From positions 3,844,001 through 3,908,000 of the forward strand of contig NC_043023.1 in assembly GCF_006345805.1 (NCBI RefSeq): a stretch of 64,000 nucleotides of DNA. Direction: 5' to 3'. Each line of letters opens with the position of its first letter. Within the stretch, counting starts at the first letter, position 1. The DNA is from Octopus sinensis. Lineage: Eukaryota. This document shows, in pieces, positions 27,958 to 39,333 of this stretch. Made by a program: the position numbers and the translations under genes. The notes under the pieces are model-generated. The model was not told where the DNA came from. It saw only the letters and a list, made by a program, of their open reading frames with translations, and searched no databases.

Positions 27958-28012
27958 ACCTATCCATTCTTGTTGCTTCTTTCTCGCTTATATATATATA
28001 TATAATATATAA

Positions 28013-28044
<32 letters not shown>

Positions 28045-28065
28045 ACAAAATAAAAACATGATTCA

Positions 28066-28152
28066 GCGGTACATATGTTTCGGGCCTTTATTAGATGGTT
28101 TATAACAATGCATAACTGATGTAAATGTGTGTCTATGGCCTTCTTCAGCCGC
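28066..28152 (-). ncRNA. Hammerhead-like motif
   Basis: GCGG/CCGC helix I; CUGAAGA-A; GGCC/GGCC-C helix II; GAAAC AUAU GUA (palindromic ACAUAUGU). Confidence 0.65.
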
Positions 28153-28707
28153 GTACAATCACTACTTCAAGGACATGTATTACATTATAAGTTTTACATT
28201 GGGGATACAAATCCTCATAGTCGCGTACGACTTTTTTCTTCCTCCTTATTATTTTTTCGTCCTTAATTTTCACTTCTTTATCTATATCTCTATTTATTTA
28301 TATTACCATGTTTATTTCACATCCGTGTGCATTTATGTATATATATTTATATATTTATATACTTAGATACTTTTTTATATTCTTATATATATTTTTTTAT
28401 ATTCTTATATCTGTTTTTATATTCTTATATCTTTTTTATATATTTTTAAAAATATTTACTCTTTTGTAATATTTTACTCTTTTACTCCCCCTTTGTGATC
28501 CCTAACTCACTAAAGATTCAACCGCCCCCCCAACCCTTTCTCTCTCTAGCTCAACATCCAAACTTCCTCATTCTACATCGAGTCAAAAGCGGGATGGACG
28601 CTTCGATTTCATGTTGGTGCCCCACTCTGTCGTACGCGACTATGAGGATTTGCATCCCCAACATAAAACTTATAATGTAATACATGTCCTTGAAGTAGTA
28701 ATTGTAC

Positions 28708-28795
28708 GTGGCTGAAGAAGGCTATAGACACACATTTACATTAATTATGCATTGTTATAAAACCGTCTAATAAAGGCCCGAAACATATGTACCGC
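28708..28795 (+). ncRNA. Hammerhead-like motif
   Basis: GUGG/CCGC; CUGAAGA-A-GGCU...GGCCC GAAAC AUAU GUA. Confidence 0.62.
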
Positions 28796-28888
28796 TAATC
28801 CTTTGAATCATGTTTTTATTTTGATTATATATATATAATATATATATATATTATATATATATATTAATCAAAATAAAAACATGATTCA

Positions 28889-28975
28889 GCGGTACATATG
28901 TTTCGGGCCTTTATTAGATGGTTTATAACAATGCATAACTGATGTAAATGTGTGTCTATGGCCTTCTTCAGCCGC
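28889..28975 (-). ncRNA. Hammerhead-like motif (second element copy)
   Basis: Same motif as 28066-28152. Confidence 0.65.
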
Positions 28976-29527
28976 GTACAATCACTACTTCAAGGACATG
29001 TATTACATTATAAGTTTTACATTGGGGATACAAATCCTCATAGTCGCGTACGACTTTTTTCTTCCTCTTATTATTTTTTCGTCCTTATTTTCACTTCTTT
29101 ATCTATATCTCTATTTATTTATATTACCATGTTTATTTCACATCCGTGTGCATTTATGTATATATATTTATATATTTATATACTTAGATACTTTTTTATA
29201 TTCTTATATATATTTTTTTATATTCTTATATCTGTTTTTATATTCTTATATCTTTTTTATATATTTTTTAAAATATTTACTCTTTTGTAATATTTTACTC
29301 TTTTACTCCCCCTTTGTGATCCCTAACTCACTAAAGATTCAACCGCCCCCCAACCCCTTCTCTCTCTAGCTCAACATCCAAACTTCCTCATTCTACATCG
29401 AGTCAAAAGCAGGATGGACGCTTCGATTTCGTGTTGGTGCCCCACTCTGTCGTACGCGACTATGAGGATTTGCATCCCCAACATAAAACTTATAATGTAA
29501 TACATGTCCTTGAAGTAGTAATTGTAC

Positions 29528-29615
29528 ATGGCTGAAGAAGGCTATAGACACACATTTACATTAATTATGCATTGTTATAAAACCGTCTAATAAAGGCCCG
29601 AAACATATGTACCGC
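29528..29615 (+). ncRNA. Hammerhead-like motif (second element copy)
   Basis: As 28708-28795, with AUGG in helix I. Confidence 0.58.
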
Positions 29616-29645
29616 TAAATCCTTTGAATCATGTTTTTATTTTGA

Positions 29646-29695
<50 letters not shown>

Positions 29696-30231
29696 TATAA
29701 AAGTAGATAAATGGTACAAGGCACCAATATTTACTGGAAAATAGCAATCGATACAAATACAATGCTATTGTATAGCTTCACTGCGTATATACTAGCAAAG
29801 ACGTGTGTGTGCAACAAACATGAAAAGAATTTGTCTTACCTCTAGGAAGAACATTCGATATATGGACAACCTAGAATCGGATGATGCAGGACCGGTTTCT
29901 AACCCTTCAAATACTTCCTGACAGGAAGAGGTCCAACTTTATTTTGAAGACACCTACATCTACCCCATGCAGGTCTCTCAGGTCCTTCGGGAGGATATTG
30001 AAGAGCTGTGGACCTCTGAATCCCAGGCTATTGCAGTATCTTGTTCTACATCTTGATGGCAAATTTAGAGCCCTTGGCACTATGCAGTGGTGCCCAGTTC
30101 TAGTATTTGTGTAACTTCTGCAGAAATACAGTAAACCAGTGCTTGGCCATTCTGAAACCTGTGATCAACTACCCCTGGTTCACCAATGTACAAATGTGTT
30201 ATGCTAAGACCATTTTCACTTCTTTTTCCAG

Positions 30232-30285
30232 ATATGACCTGAAAGCTGATGCTGCTATCCTAGCTGAAGAAAAACACATGCCTAT
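30232..30285 (+). CDS. ADK: Adenosine kinase coding exon
   Basis: ttccag|A TAT GAC...CCT AT|gtaagt; 54 bp; YDLKADAAILAEEKHMP(M); phase matches both neighbouring exons. Confidence 0.93.
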
Positions 30286-30581
30286 GTAAGTTACTTATTA
30301 TTTTTTGATTGCCCCTGGGTGGTGGTACTCACTCAACTGGCGAATTTTGTTCTAATCAGTTTTCTTGTTAATAGCTTACTCTTTACTCTGTCTCTTTTAC
30401 TTGTTTCAGTCACTTGTAAGCCTAGTACTTATTCTATCGGTCTCTTTTGCTGAACTGCTAAGTTATGGGGACGTAAACACACCAGCATCGGTTGTCAAGC
30501 GGTGTTGGGGGGACAAATACAGACACACAAACATACACACACACACACATACATACATACATACATACATACATACATACA

Positions 30582-30632
<51 letters not shown>

Positions 30633-31566
30633 CTACATACATATATATGACAGGCTTCTTTCAGTTTCCATCTACCAAATCCACTCACAAGGCTTTGGTC
30701 AGCTTGAGGCTATAGTAGAAGACACTTGCCCAAGGTGGCATGTAAAAGCACCCACTATACTCTCGGAGTGGTTGGCGTTAGGAAGGGCATCCAGCTGTAG
30801 AACCTCTGCCAGATCAAGACTGGAGCTTGGTGTAGCCATCTGGTTCGCCAGACCTCAGTCAAACCGTTCAACCCATGCCAGCATGGAAAGCAGACATTAA
30901 ACGATGACGATATATATATATATATATACACACACACATGGGTGTGTATGATTGTGTATACATGAATATATTACTCAAAGAAACCCCATCTTTGTCTAAT
31001 TTTCATATTCTATAGAATATTAAATGTCCAATCTGATTACACTAGTACTTTCATGCATTAACCTATGCAATCTTCAGGTTCATGTAGTAGTGGTGACAGT
31101 TAAGTTTTACAATTTACAACTGTAGTGAGATACCTAAACTCTGTGCCTTAAATACATTTGTATAGGCTCCAGAATGTTAATTTTTGCAAACTGTATTCTG
31201 ACCTATCAGTGTGTGATTTTACTAAATTACTCAAGTTGATTAGTGTTTGGTTTAGGCATCACAGTTTCTTGAACATGTCAAGAGACCTGTATTTTGACCC
31301 TGGCCAAAGCAGTAATTCTTGGGCTATTTTTTGAAATGTTGTAAACAACAGTTCTCAGAGATGTTTACATTTCAATTATTATCATCTTCTTTGTTGTTGT
31401 TATCGGTGGCAGTGATGGCAGTAGTAGGAGTAGCTATGGTAACAGAACTTTAAACCCTCAAAATGAGATTATTTTTACTGACTTTCCTCTTGACCTACCT
31501 TGTATTTTCCTGCTATCGTCATCATGAGCACATTTAGTATTGTATGAATATATATATATATATATA

Positions 31567-31737
31567 GGCATAGGAGTGGCTGTGTGGTAAGTAGCTTGCT
31601 TACCAACCACATGGTTCAGGGTTTAGTCCCACTGCGTGGCACCTTGGGCAAGTGTCTTCTACTATAGCCTCGGGCCGACCAAAGCCTTGTGAGTGGATTT
31701 GGTAGACGGAAACTGAAAGAAGCCCGTCGTATATATG

Positions 31738-31768
<31 letters not shown>

Positions 31769-31977
31769 ATATGTTTGTGTGTCTGTGTTTGTCCCCCCAA
31801 TATCGCATGACAACCGATGCTGGTGTGTATACGTCTCCATAACTTAGCGGTTTGGCAAAATAGACCGATAGAATAAGTACTGGGCTTACAAAGAATAAGT
31901 CCCAGGGTCGATTTGCTCGACTAAAGGCGGTGCTCCAGCATGGCCGCAGTCAAATGACTGAAACAAGTAAAAGAGAG
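31567..31977 (+). mobile_element. tRNA-derived SINE, dominant family
   Basis: Full head, (TA)n and tail; in an ADK intron. Confidence 0.85.
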
Positions 31978-32118
31978 AAAGAGAGATATCGTTCCCTACA
32001 TCTTCCATTCTCTTCTAATACACTAAAATGATATTTGACTGCTGCATCTAGCATATGAAAGGACCACGTAAACATCCCAACATAGTTTTGTCTTTAAGGT
32101 TTGTCTTTTCTTTTCTAG

Positions 32119-32197
32119 GTATGATGAAATGTTATCATTTAAAGATGTTGAATTCACCCCTGGTGGGGCAACATTGAATGCAATTCGTGTAGTACAA
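32119..32197 (+). CDS. ADK: Adenosine kinase coding exon (GG switch)
   Basis: ttctag|G TAT...GTA CAA|gtaagt; 79 bp; YDEMLSFKDVEFTPGGATLNAIRVVQ. Confidence 0.95.
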
Positions 32198-32429
32198 GTA
32201 AGTTTGTCTTTCTCATTTCCACTTTGTTGGGGTTTTTTTCTTGACTTTGGGCAAAAACCTGTAATTCCTTCCCAACTCCTTCCGGATCTCACTTCATTTA
32301 TTAAGGTCATATTACCAGAAGTTTCTTGGTTTTCCTTTTACCCTAAGAGCCCCACCTAACAAACTGCTTGGTAATACTATCCTGGGCCCTTCATAAGGGG
32401 TATTGAATCCAGCCCCAATTTCTTGTCAA

Positions 32430-33208
32430 CATGGCACGTAAAAGCACCATCCGTTCGTGTCCGTTGCCAGCCTCGTCTGGCCCCGATGCCGGTGGCACGT
32501 AGCACCATCCGTTCATGGCTGTTGCCAGCCTTGCCTGGCCCCCATGCCGGTGGCACATAAAAAGCACCATCCGATCGTGGCCGTTGCCAGCCTCGTCTGG
32601 CCCCCGTGCTGGTGGCACGTAGCACCATCCGTTCGTGGCCGTTGCCAGCCTCGTCTGGCCCCCGTGCCGGTGGCACATAAAAGCACCATCTGTTCGTGTC
32701 CGTTGCCAGCCTCGTCTGGCCCCCGTGCTGGTGGCACGTAGCACCATCCATTCGTGGCCGTTGCCAGCCTCGCCTAGCCCCCGTGCCGGTGGCACGTACC
32801 ACCATCCGTTCGTGTCTGTTGACAGCCTCGCCTGGCCCCTGTGCCGGTGGCACGTAGCACCATCCGTTTGTGCCTGTTGCCAGCCTTGCCTGGCCCCCAT
32901 GCTGGTGGCACGTAAAACGCACCATCCGATTGTGGCCGTTGCCAGCCTCGCCTAGCCCCCGTGCCGGTGGCACGTAAAAAGCACCATCCGTCCGTGGCCG
33001 TTTGCCAGCTCCGTCTGGCACCTGTGCGGGTGGCACGTAAAAAGCACCCACTACACTCACGGAGTGGTTGGCGTTAGGAAGGGCATCCAGCCGTAGAAAC
33101 ACTGCCAGATCAGACTGGGCCTGATGCAGCCTTCTGGCTTCACAGACCCCAGTAGAACCGTCCAACCCATGCTAGGATGGAAAGCGGACGCTAAATGATG
33201 ATGATGAT
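32430..33208 (+). mobile_element. SINE-like element with (GAT)n tail and internal 58-62-bp minisatellite (~10 units)
   Basis: gcaccatc anchors from 32444 to 32981; tail ggttggcgttaggaagggcatcc...(gat)n resembles RTE-type 3' ends; relatives at 13040-13280, 17365-17890, 40745-41180, 47040-47452 and 48500-49140. Confidence 0.75.
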
Positions 33209-33377
33209 GGGTCTGTTTTTCTATCCAGCAGGGGAAAGGCAGTCAAATCTTTTATCACTCTTGTAATAAATGCTGTTGTGAATTTATGCTTCCCATCATG
33301 CAAAGGTAGACAATTTATCTAAATTTTACTGTCTCTTTCTCTCTCCCTCTCTTCTTCTACCCCTGCACCATACACAG

Positions 33378-33547
33378 TGGCTCCTGGAAAAACCTCATGC
33401 TACCTCATATCTTGGCTGCATCAGCAAAGACAAGTTTGGTGATATCTTAGAGAAGAAAGCCAAAGACGCAAAGGTGAACGTCAGTTTCCAGTATACAGAC
33501 GAGGCCCCAACTGGAACTTGTGGTGTTGTGGTCTCTGGAAGCCACAG
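33378..33547 (+). CDS. ADK: Adenosine kinase coding exon
   Basis: acacag|TGG...CAC AG|gtgagt; 170 bp; WLLEKPHATSYLGCISKDKFGDILEKKAKDAKVNVSFQYTDEAPTGTCGVVVSGSH(R). Confidence 0.95.
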
Positions 33548-33689
33548 GTGAGTACAATTTTGAACTGCACTAAGTTGTGCCGTACCTTTTCCTTTTTATT
33601 TTCTTACCTACCAGCTCTTTATGAAATATAGCTTATTAACATAGTCATTCCAGCCCTTTTTGTTACAATATTTCTGTAGAAATAAGGTG

Positions 33690-34620
33690 GAAATGTTAGC
33701 ATGCTGGGCCAAATGCTTAGCCGTATTTCGTCTGCCATTACGTTCTGAGTTCAAATTCCGCCGAGGTTGACTTTGCCTTTCATCTTTTCGGAGTCAATAA
33801 ATTAAGCACCAGTTACGCACTGGGGTCGATATAATCGACTTAGTCCTTTTGTCTGTCTTTGTTTGTCCCCTCTATGTTTAGCTCCTTGTGGGTAGTAAAG
33901 AAATAGGTATTTCGTCTGCCGCTACGTTCTGAGTTCAAATTCCACTGAGGTTGACTTTGCCTTTCATCCTTTCGGAGTCAATAAATTAAGCACCAGTTAC
34001 GCACTGGAGTCGATATAATCGACTTAATCCCTTTGTCTGTCTTTGTTTATCCCCTCTGTGTTTATCCCCTTGTGGGTAGTAAAGAAATAGGTATTTCGCC
34101 TGCTGTTACGTTCTGAGTTCAAATTCCACCGAGGTCGACTTTGCCTTTCATCCTTTCAGGGTCGATAAATTAAGTACCAGTTACACACTGGGGTCGATGT
34201 AATCAACTTAATCCCTTTGTCTGTCTTTGTTTATCCCCTCTGTGTTTATCCCCTTGTGGGTAGTAAAGAAATAGGTATTTCGCCTGCTGTTACGTTCTGA
34301 GTTCAAATTCCACCGAGGTCGACTTTGCCTTTCATCCTTTCAGGGTCGATAAATTAAGTACCAGTTACACACTGGGGTCGATGTAATCAACTTAATCCCT
34401 TTGTCTGTGTTTGTTTATCCCCTCTGTGTTTATCCCCTTGTGGGTAGTAAAGAAATAGGTATTTCCTCTGCCACTATGTTCTGAGTTCAAATTCCATTGA
34501 GGTCGACTTTGCCTTTCATCCTTTCAGGGTCAATAAATTAAGTACCAATTGCAAACTGGGGTCAATCTAATCGACTGGCCCCCTCCCCCCAAATTTCAGG
34601 CCTTGTGTCTAGAGTAGAAA
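33690..34620 (+). repeat. 184-bp tandem array of an internal SINE segment (5 units)
   Basis: GTATTTC anchors at 33723, 33907, 34091, 34275 and 34459; B-box-like GAGTTCAAATTCC in each unit. Confidence 0.88.
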
Positions 34621-34942
34621 ATAATATTTCTGTAGAAATACACTGTTTCAGTTAATTTTGAAAGCAACGAAGAATTTACTAAGATAACTTTGTTGTTATT
34701 AAGCTGAGGTGTAGAATATAAATTACTCTCTTTTTACTCTTTTACTTGTTTCAGTCATTTGACTGCGGCCATGCTGGAGCACCGCCTTTAGTCGAACAAA
34801 TCAACCCAGGACTTATTCTTTGTAAGCCTAGTACTTATTCTCTCGGTCTCTTTTACCGAACTACTAAGTTACGGGGACGTAAACACACCAGCATCGGTTG
34901 TCAAATGATGTTGGGGGAACAAACACAGACACACAAACATAT

Positions 34943-35018
<76 letters not shown>

Positions 35019-35129
35019 AAAAGTAAAAAAATACAAACTGGGACAAGAACGTGAAACATTTAGAAGACGGCACAGAAAACACGGACGGGACATTCGAAGC
35101 CCTCAATCATCAGTCAAGACCCGATCATC

Positions 35130-35160
<31 letters not shown>

Positions 35161-35309
35161 ATAAATAAATATAAGAGAGTGGTCACTATATTGCTCACTC
35201 TAGCACCAGTTAATCCAAAAGGTTTCAACCACGAAAATACATGTTTCCCATGAAAGCCAGTACGACTGTTAGCTCACACGGACAGGGCAAGTAAAAAATA
35301 ACAAAAATA

Positions 35310-35405
35310 CAGATTATTTTGGGACAATTGTTTCGCTATTAATGAATTAAATGTAATATTACTTACAAGAAAATCCATTTGTAGCTCGTCAGCCAAGACT
35401 ATCTG
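35310..35405 (-). ncRNA. Type I hammerhead ribozyme (array unit 1)
   Basis: Reverse complement of the 37631-37726 motif. Confidence 0.82.
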
Positions 35406-35842
35406 GATGAAATCCACTCAATCACACGCCAGATTTTACCATAACGATAAATACGCGTGTGGTTCAATTGATTACATCCGACGTTATAATTCGAATGCCC
35501 CAACCAACAGCGCGCCAAACTTTCACGGAAAACAAATACAGCATTTAGAAATAATGCAGCATAATTATAGTTAATTAATAAGGGTGAGAGAATTAGATAC
35601 TAATTTAATAGTATTTTATTCAACACCAAGTGGCCTAGTGCTACGAGAAACCTGGATTATTATAATATTTTATAACATATTATAATATTTTTACAAAATA
35701 AATATAAGAGAGTGGTCACTATATTGCTCACTCTAGCACCAGTTAATCCAAAAGTTTTCAACCACGAAAATACATGTTTCCCATGAAAGCCAGTACGACT
35801 GTTAGCTCACACGGACAGGGCAAGTAAAAAATAACAAAAATA

Positions 35843-35938
35843 CAGATTATTTTGGGACAATTGTTTCGCTATTAATGAATTAAATGTAATATTACTTACA
35901 AGAAAATCCATTTGTAGCTCGTCAGCCAAGACTATCTG
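35843..35938 (-). ncRNA. Type I hammerhead ribozyme (array unit 2)
   Basis: Same motif, one array period downstream. Confidence 0.82.
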
Positions 35939-36371
35939 GATGAAATCCACTCAATCACACGCCAGATTTTACCATAACGATAATACGCGTGTGGTTCAAT
36001 TGATTACATCCGACGTATAATTCGAATGCCCCAACCACAGCGCGCCAAACTTTCACGGAAAACAAATACAGCATTTAGAAATAAATGCAGCATAATTATA
36101 ATTAATTAATAAGGGTGAGAGAATTAGATACTAATTTAATAGTATATTTATTCAACACCACCAGTGCCTAGTGCTACGAGAACCTGGATTATTATAATTT
36201 TTATAACATATTATAATATTTTTACAAAATAAAATAAGAGAGTGGTCACTATATTGCTCACTCTAGCACCAGTTAATCCAAAAGGTTTCAACCACGAAAA
36301 TACATGTTCCCATGAAAGCCAGTACGACTGTTAGCTCACACGGACAGGGCAAGTAAAAAATAACAAAAATA

Positions 36372-36465
36372 CAGATTATTTTGGGACAATTGTTTCGCTA
36401 TTAATGAATTAAATGTAATATTACTTACAAGAAAATCCATTTGTAGCTCGTCAGCCAACTATCTG
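36372..36465 (-). ncRNA. Type I hammerhead ribozyme (array unit 3)
   Basis: Same motif with a 2-nt deletion in the helix I internal loop. Confidence 0.78.
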
Positions 36466-36903
36466 GATGAAATCCACTCAATCACACGCCAGATTTTACC
36501 ATAACGATAAATACGCGTGTGGTTCAATTGATTACATCCGACGTTAAATTCGAATGCCCCAACCAACAGCGCGCCAAACTTTCACGGAAAACAAATACAG
36601 CATTTAGAAATAAATGCAGCATAATTATAATTAATTAATAAGGGTGAGAGAATTAGATACTAATTTAATAGTATATTTATTCAACACCAAGTGGCCTAGT
36701 GCTACGAGAAACCTGGATTATTATAATATTTTATAACATATTATAATATTTTTACAAAATAAATATAAGAGAGTGGTCACTATATTGCTCACTCTAGCAC
36801 CAGTTAATCCAAAAGGTTTCAACCACGAAAATACATGTTTCCCATGAAAGCCAGTACGACTGTTAGCTCACACGGACAGGGCAAGTAAAAAATAACAAAA
36901 ATA

Positions 36904-36999
36904 CAGATTATTTTGGGACAATTGTTTCGCTATTAATGAATTAAATGTAATATTACTTACAAGAAAATCCATTTGTAGCTCGTCAGCCAAGACTATCTG
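36904..36999 (-). ncRNA. Type I hammerhead ribozyme (array unit 4)
   Basis: Same motif. Confidence 0.82.
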
Positions 37000-37630
37000 G
37001 ATGAAATCCACTCAATCACACGCCAGATTTTACCATAACGATAAATACGCGTGTGGTTCAATTGATTACATCCGACGTTATAATTCGAATGCCCCAACCA
37101 ACAGCGCGCCAAACTTTCACGGAAAACAAATACAGCATTTAGAAATAAATGCAGCATAATTATAATTAATTAATAAGGGTGAGAGGATTTTCTTGTAAGT
37201 AATATTACATTTAATTCATTAATAGCGAAACAATTGTCGTACTGGCTTTCATGGGAAACATGTATTTTCGTGTTTGAAACCTTTTGGATTAACTGGTGCT
37301 AGAGTGAGCAATATAGTGACCACTCTCTTATATTTATTTTGTAAAAATATTATAATATGTTATAAAATATTATAATAATCCAGGTTCTCGTAGCACTAGG
37401 CCACTTGGTGTTGAATAAATATACTATTAAATTAGTATCTAATTCTCTCACCCTTATTAATTAATTATAATTATGCTGCATTTATTTCTAAATGCTGTAT
37501 TTGTTTTCCGTGAAAGTTTGGCGCGCTGTTGGTTGGGGCATTCGAATTATAACGTCGGATGTAATCAATTGAACCACACGCGTATTTATCGTTATGGTAA
37601 AATCTGGCGTGTGATTGAGTGGATTTCATC

Positions 37631-37726
37631 CAGATAGTCTTGGCTGACGAGCTACAAATGGATTTTCTTGTAAGTAATATTACATTTAATTCATTAATAG
37701 CGAAACAATTGTCCCAAAATAATCTG
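37631..37726 (+). ncRNA. Type I hammerhead ribozyme, fully canonical core
   Basis: Helix I CAGAU..UUGG / CCAA..AUCUG; CUGACGA (37644-50); helix II GCUA/UAGC; GAAAC; palindromic helix III ACAAUUGU; GUC triplet at 37711-13. Confidence 0.85.
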
Positions 37727-39003
37727 TATTTTTGTTATTTTTTACTTGCCCTGTCCGTGTGAGCTAACAGTCGTACTGGCTTTCATGGGAAACATGTATT
37801 TTCGTGGTTGAAACCTTTTGGATTAACTGGTGCTAGAGTGAGCAATATAGTGACCACTCTCTTATATTTATTTTGTAAAAATATTATAATATGTTATAAA
37901 ATATTATAATAATCCAGGTTTCTCGTAGCACTAGGCCACTTGGTGTTGAATAAATATACTATTAAATTAGTATCTAATTCTCTCACCCTTATTAATTAAT
38001 TATATATATATATATATATACACACTCACGGAGTGGTTGGCGTTAGGAAGGGCATCCAGCCGTAGAAACACTGCCAGATCAGACTGGGCCTGGCGCAGCC
38101 TTCTGGCTTCCCAGACCCCAGTTGAACCGTCCAACCCATGCTAGCATGGAAAACGGATGTTAAATGATGATGATGATACAATGGGCTCCTTTCAGTTTCC
38201 GTCTACCAAATTCACTCCCAAGGCTTTGGTCGATCCGAGGCTATAGTAGAAGACACTTGCCCAAGTGCCATGCAGTGGGACTGAACCAGGTACCATGTGG
38301 TTGGTAAGCAAGCTACTTACCACACAGCCACTCCTGCACCTGTGTATGATCAAAATCATAGGGAGCTCCTAGCTTTTTATGCAGAACCAAAACATTTTTC
38401 AGAAGACCCCTCTTGCATGTGCTTTGCACAAACAGTAACATTTACAGTGTGCAAATCGACCCCAGAACTTAATCTTTGAAAGCCTAGTACTTATTATATC
38501 AGTCTCTTTTGCCAAACCACTAAGTTATGGGGACATAAACACACCAGCGTCGGTTGTCAAGCGATGTTGCAGTGACAAACATAGATACACAAACATATTC
38601 ATACGCACACACACACACATATATACATATATACGACAGGCTTCTTTCAGTTTCCGTCTACCAAATCCACTCACAAGGCATTGGTCAGCCTGAAGCTATA
38701 GTAGATGACACTTGCCCAAGGTTCCACGCAGTGGGACTGAACCCGGAACCATGTGGCTGGTAAACAAGCTACTTACCACACAGCCACTCCTGTGCCTATA
38801 TATATATATATATATATTTATGTATATGATGGGCTTCTTTCAGTTTCCGTCTACCAAATCCACTCACAAGGTTTTGGTCGGCCTGAGGCTATAAAAAAAC
38901 AACACTTGCCCAAGGTGCCACACAGTGGGACTGAACCAGGAACCATGTGGTTGGTAAGCAAGCTACTTACCACACAGCCACTCCTGCGCTTCTGTATGAT
39001 TAA

Positions 39004-39258
<255 letters not shown>

Positions 39259-39333
39259 TAAGAAATATACTGTCTCAAGTTCAAGGGTTTATACAGCTTG
39301 TTACCAGGGTTCCTTGGCTAGGATTGCAATATT

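Larger units (their letters stand above)
27504..27992. mobile_element. Foldback HHR element (~220-bp arms, ~49-bp spacer)
   Basis: Mirror ORFs 27541-27723 (-) and 27773-27955 (+) confirm the symmetry. Confidence 0.8.
28042..29649. mobile_element. Two tandem copies (~785 bp each) of a foldback HHR element
   Basis: 28042-28826 and 28864-29649; ~190-bp inverted arms; separated and flanked by (TA)n. Confidence 0.8.
35163..38003. repeat. ~532-bp tandem array (3.8 units) followed by ~1.6 inverted units; one HHR per unit
   Basis: ATAAGAG unit anchors at 35171, 35704, 36234 and 36765; inversion junction near 37186; (TA)n on both sides. Confidence 0.92.

Noticed and set aside
29881-30114. 77-aa ORF upstream of an ADK exon
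   Set aside because: No motif or splice support; likely intronic chance ORF.
32432-33045. CRISPR-like look of the ~60-bp repeats
   Set aside because: No unique spacers and no cas genes; it is a eukaryotic SINE-internal minisatellite.
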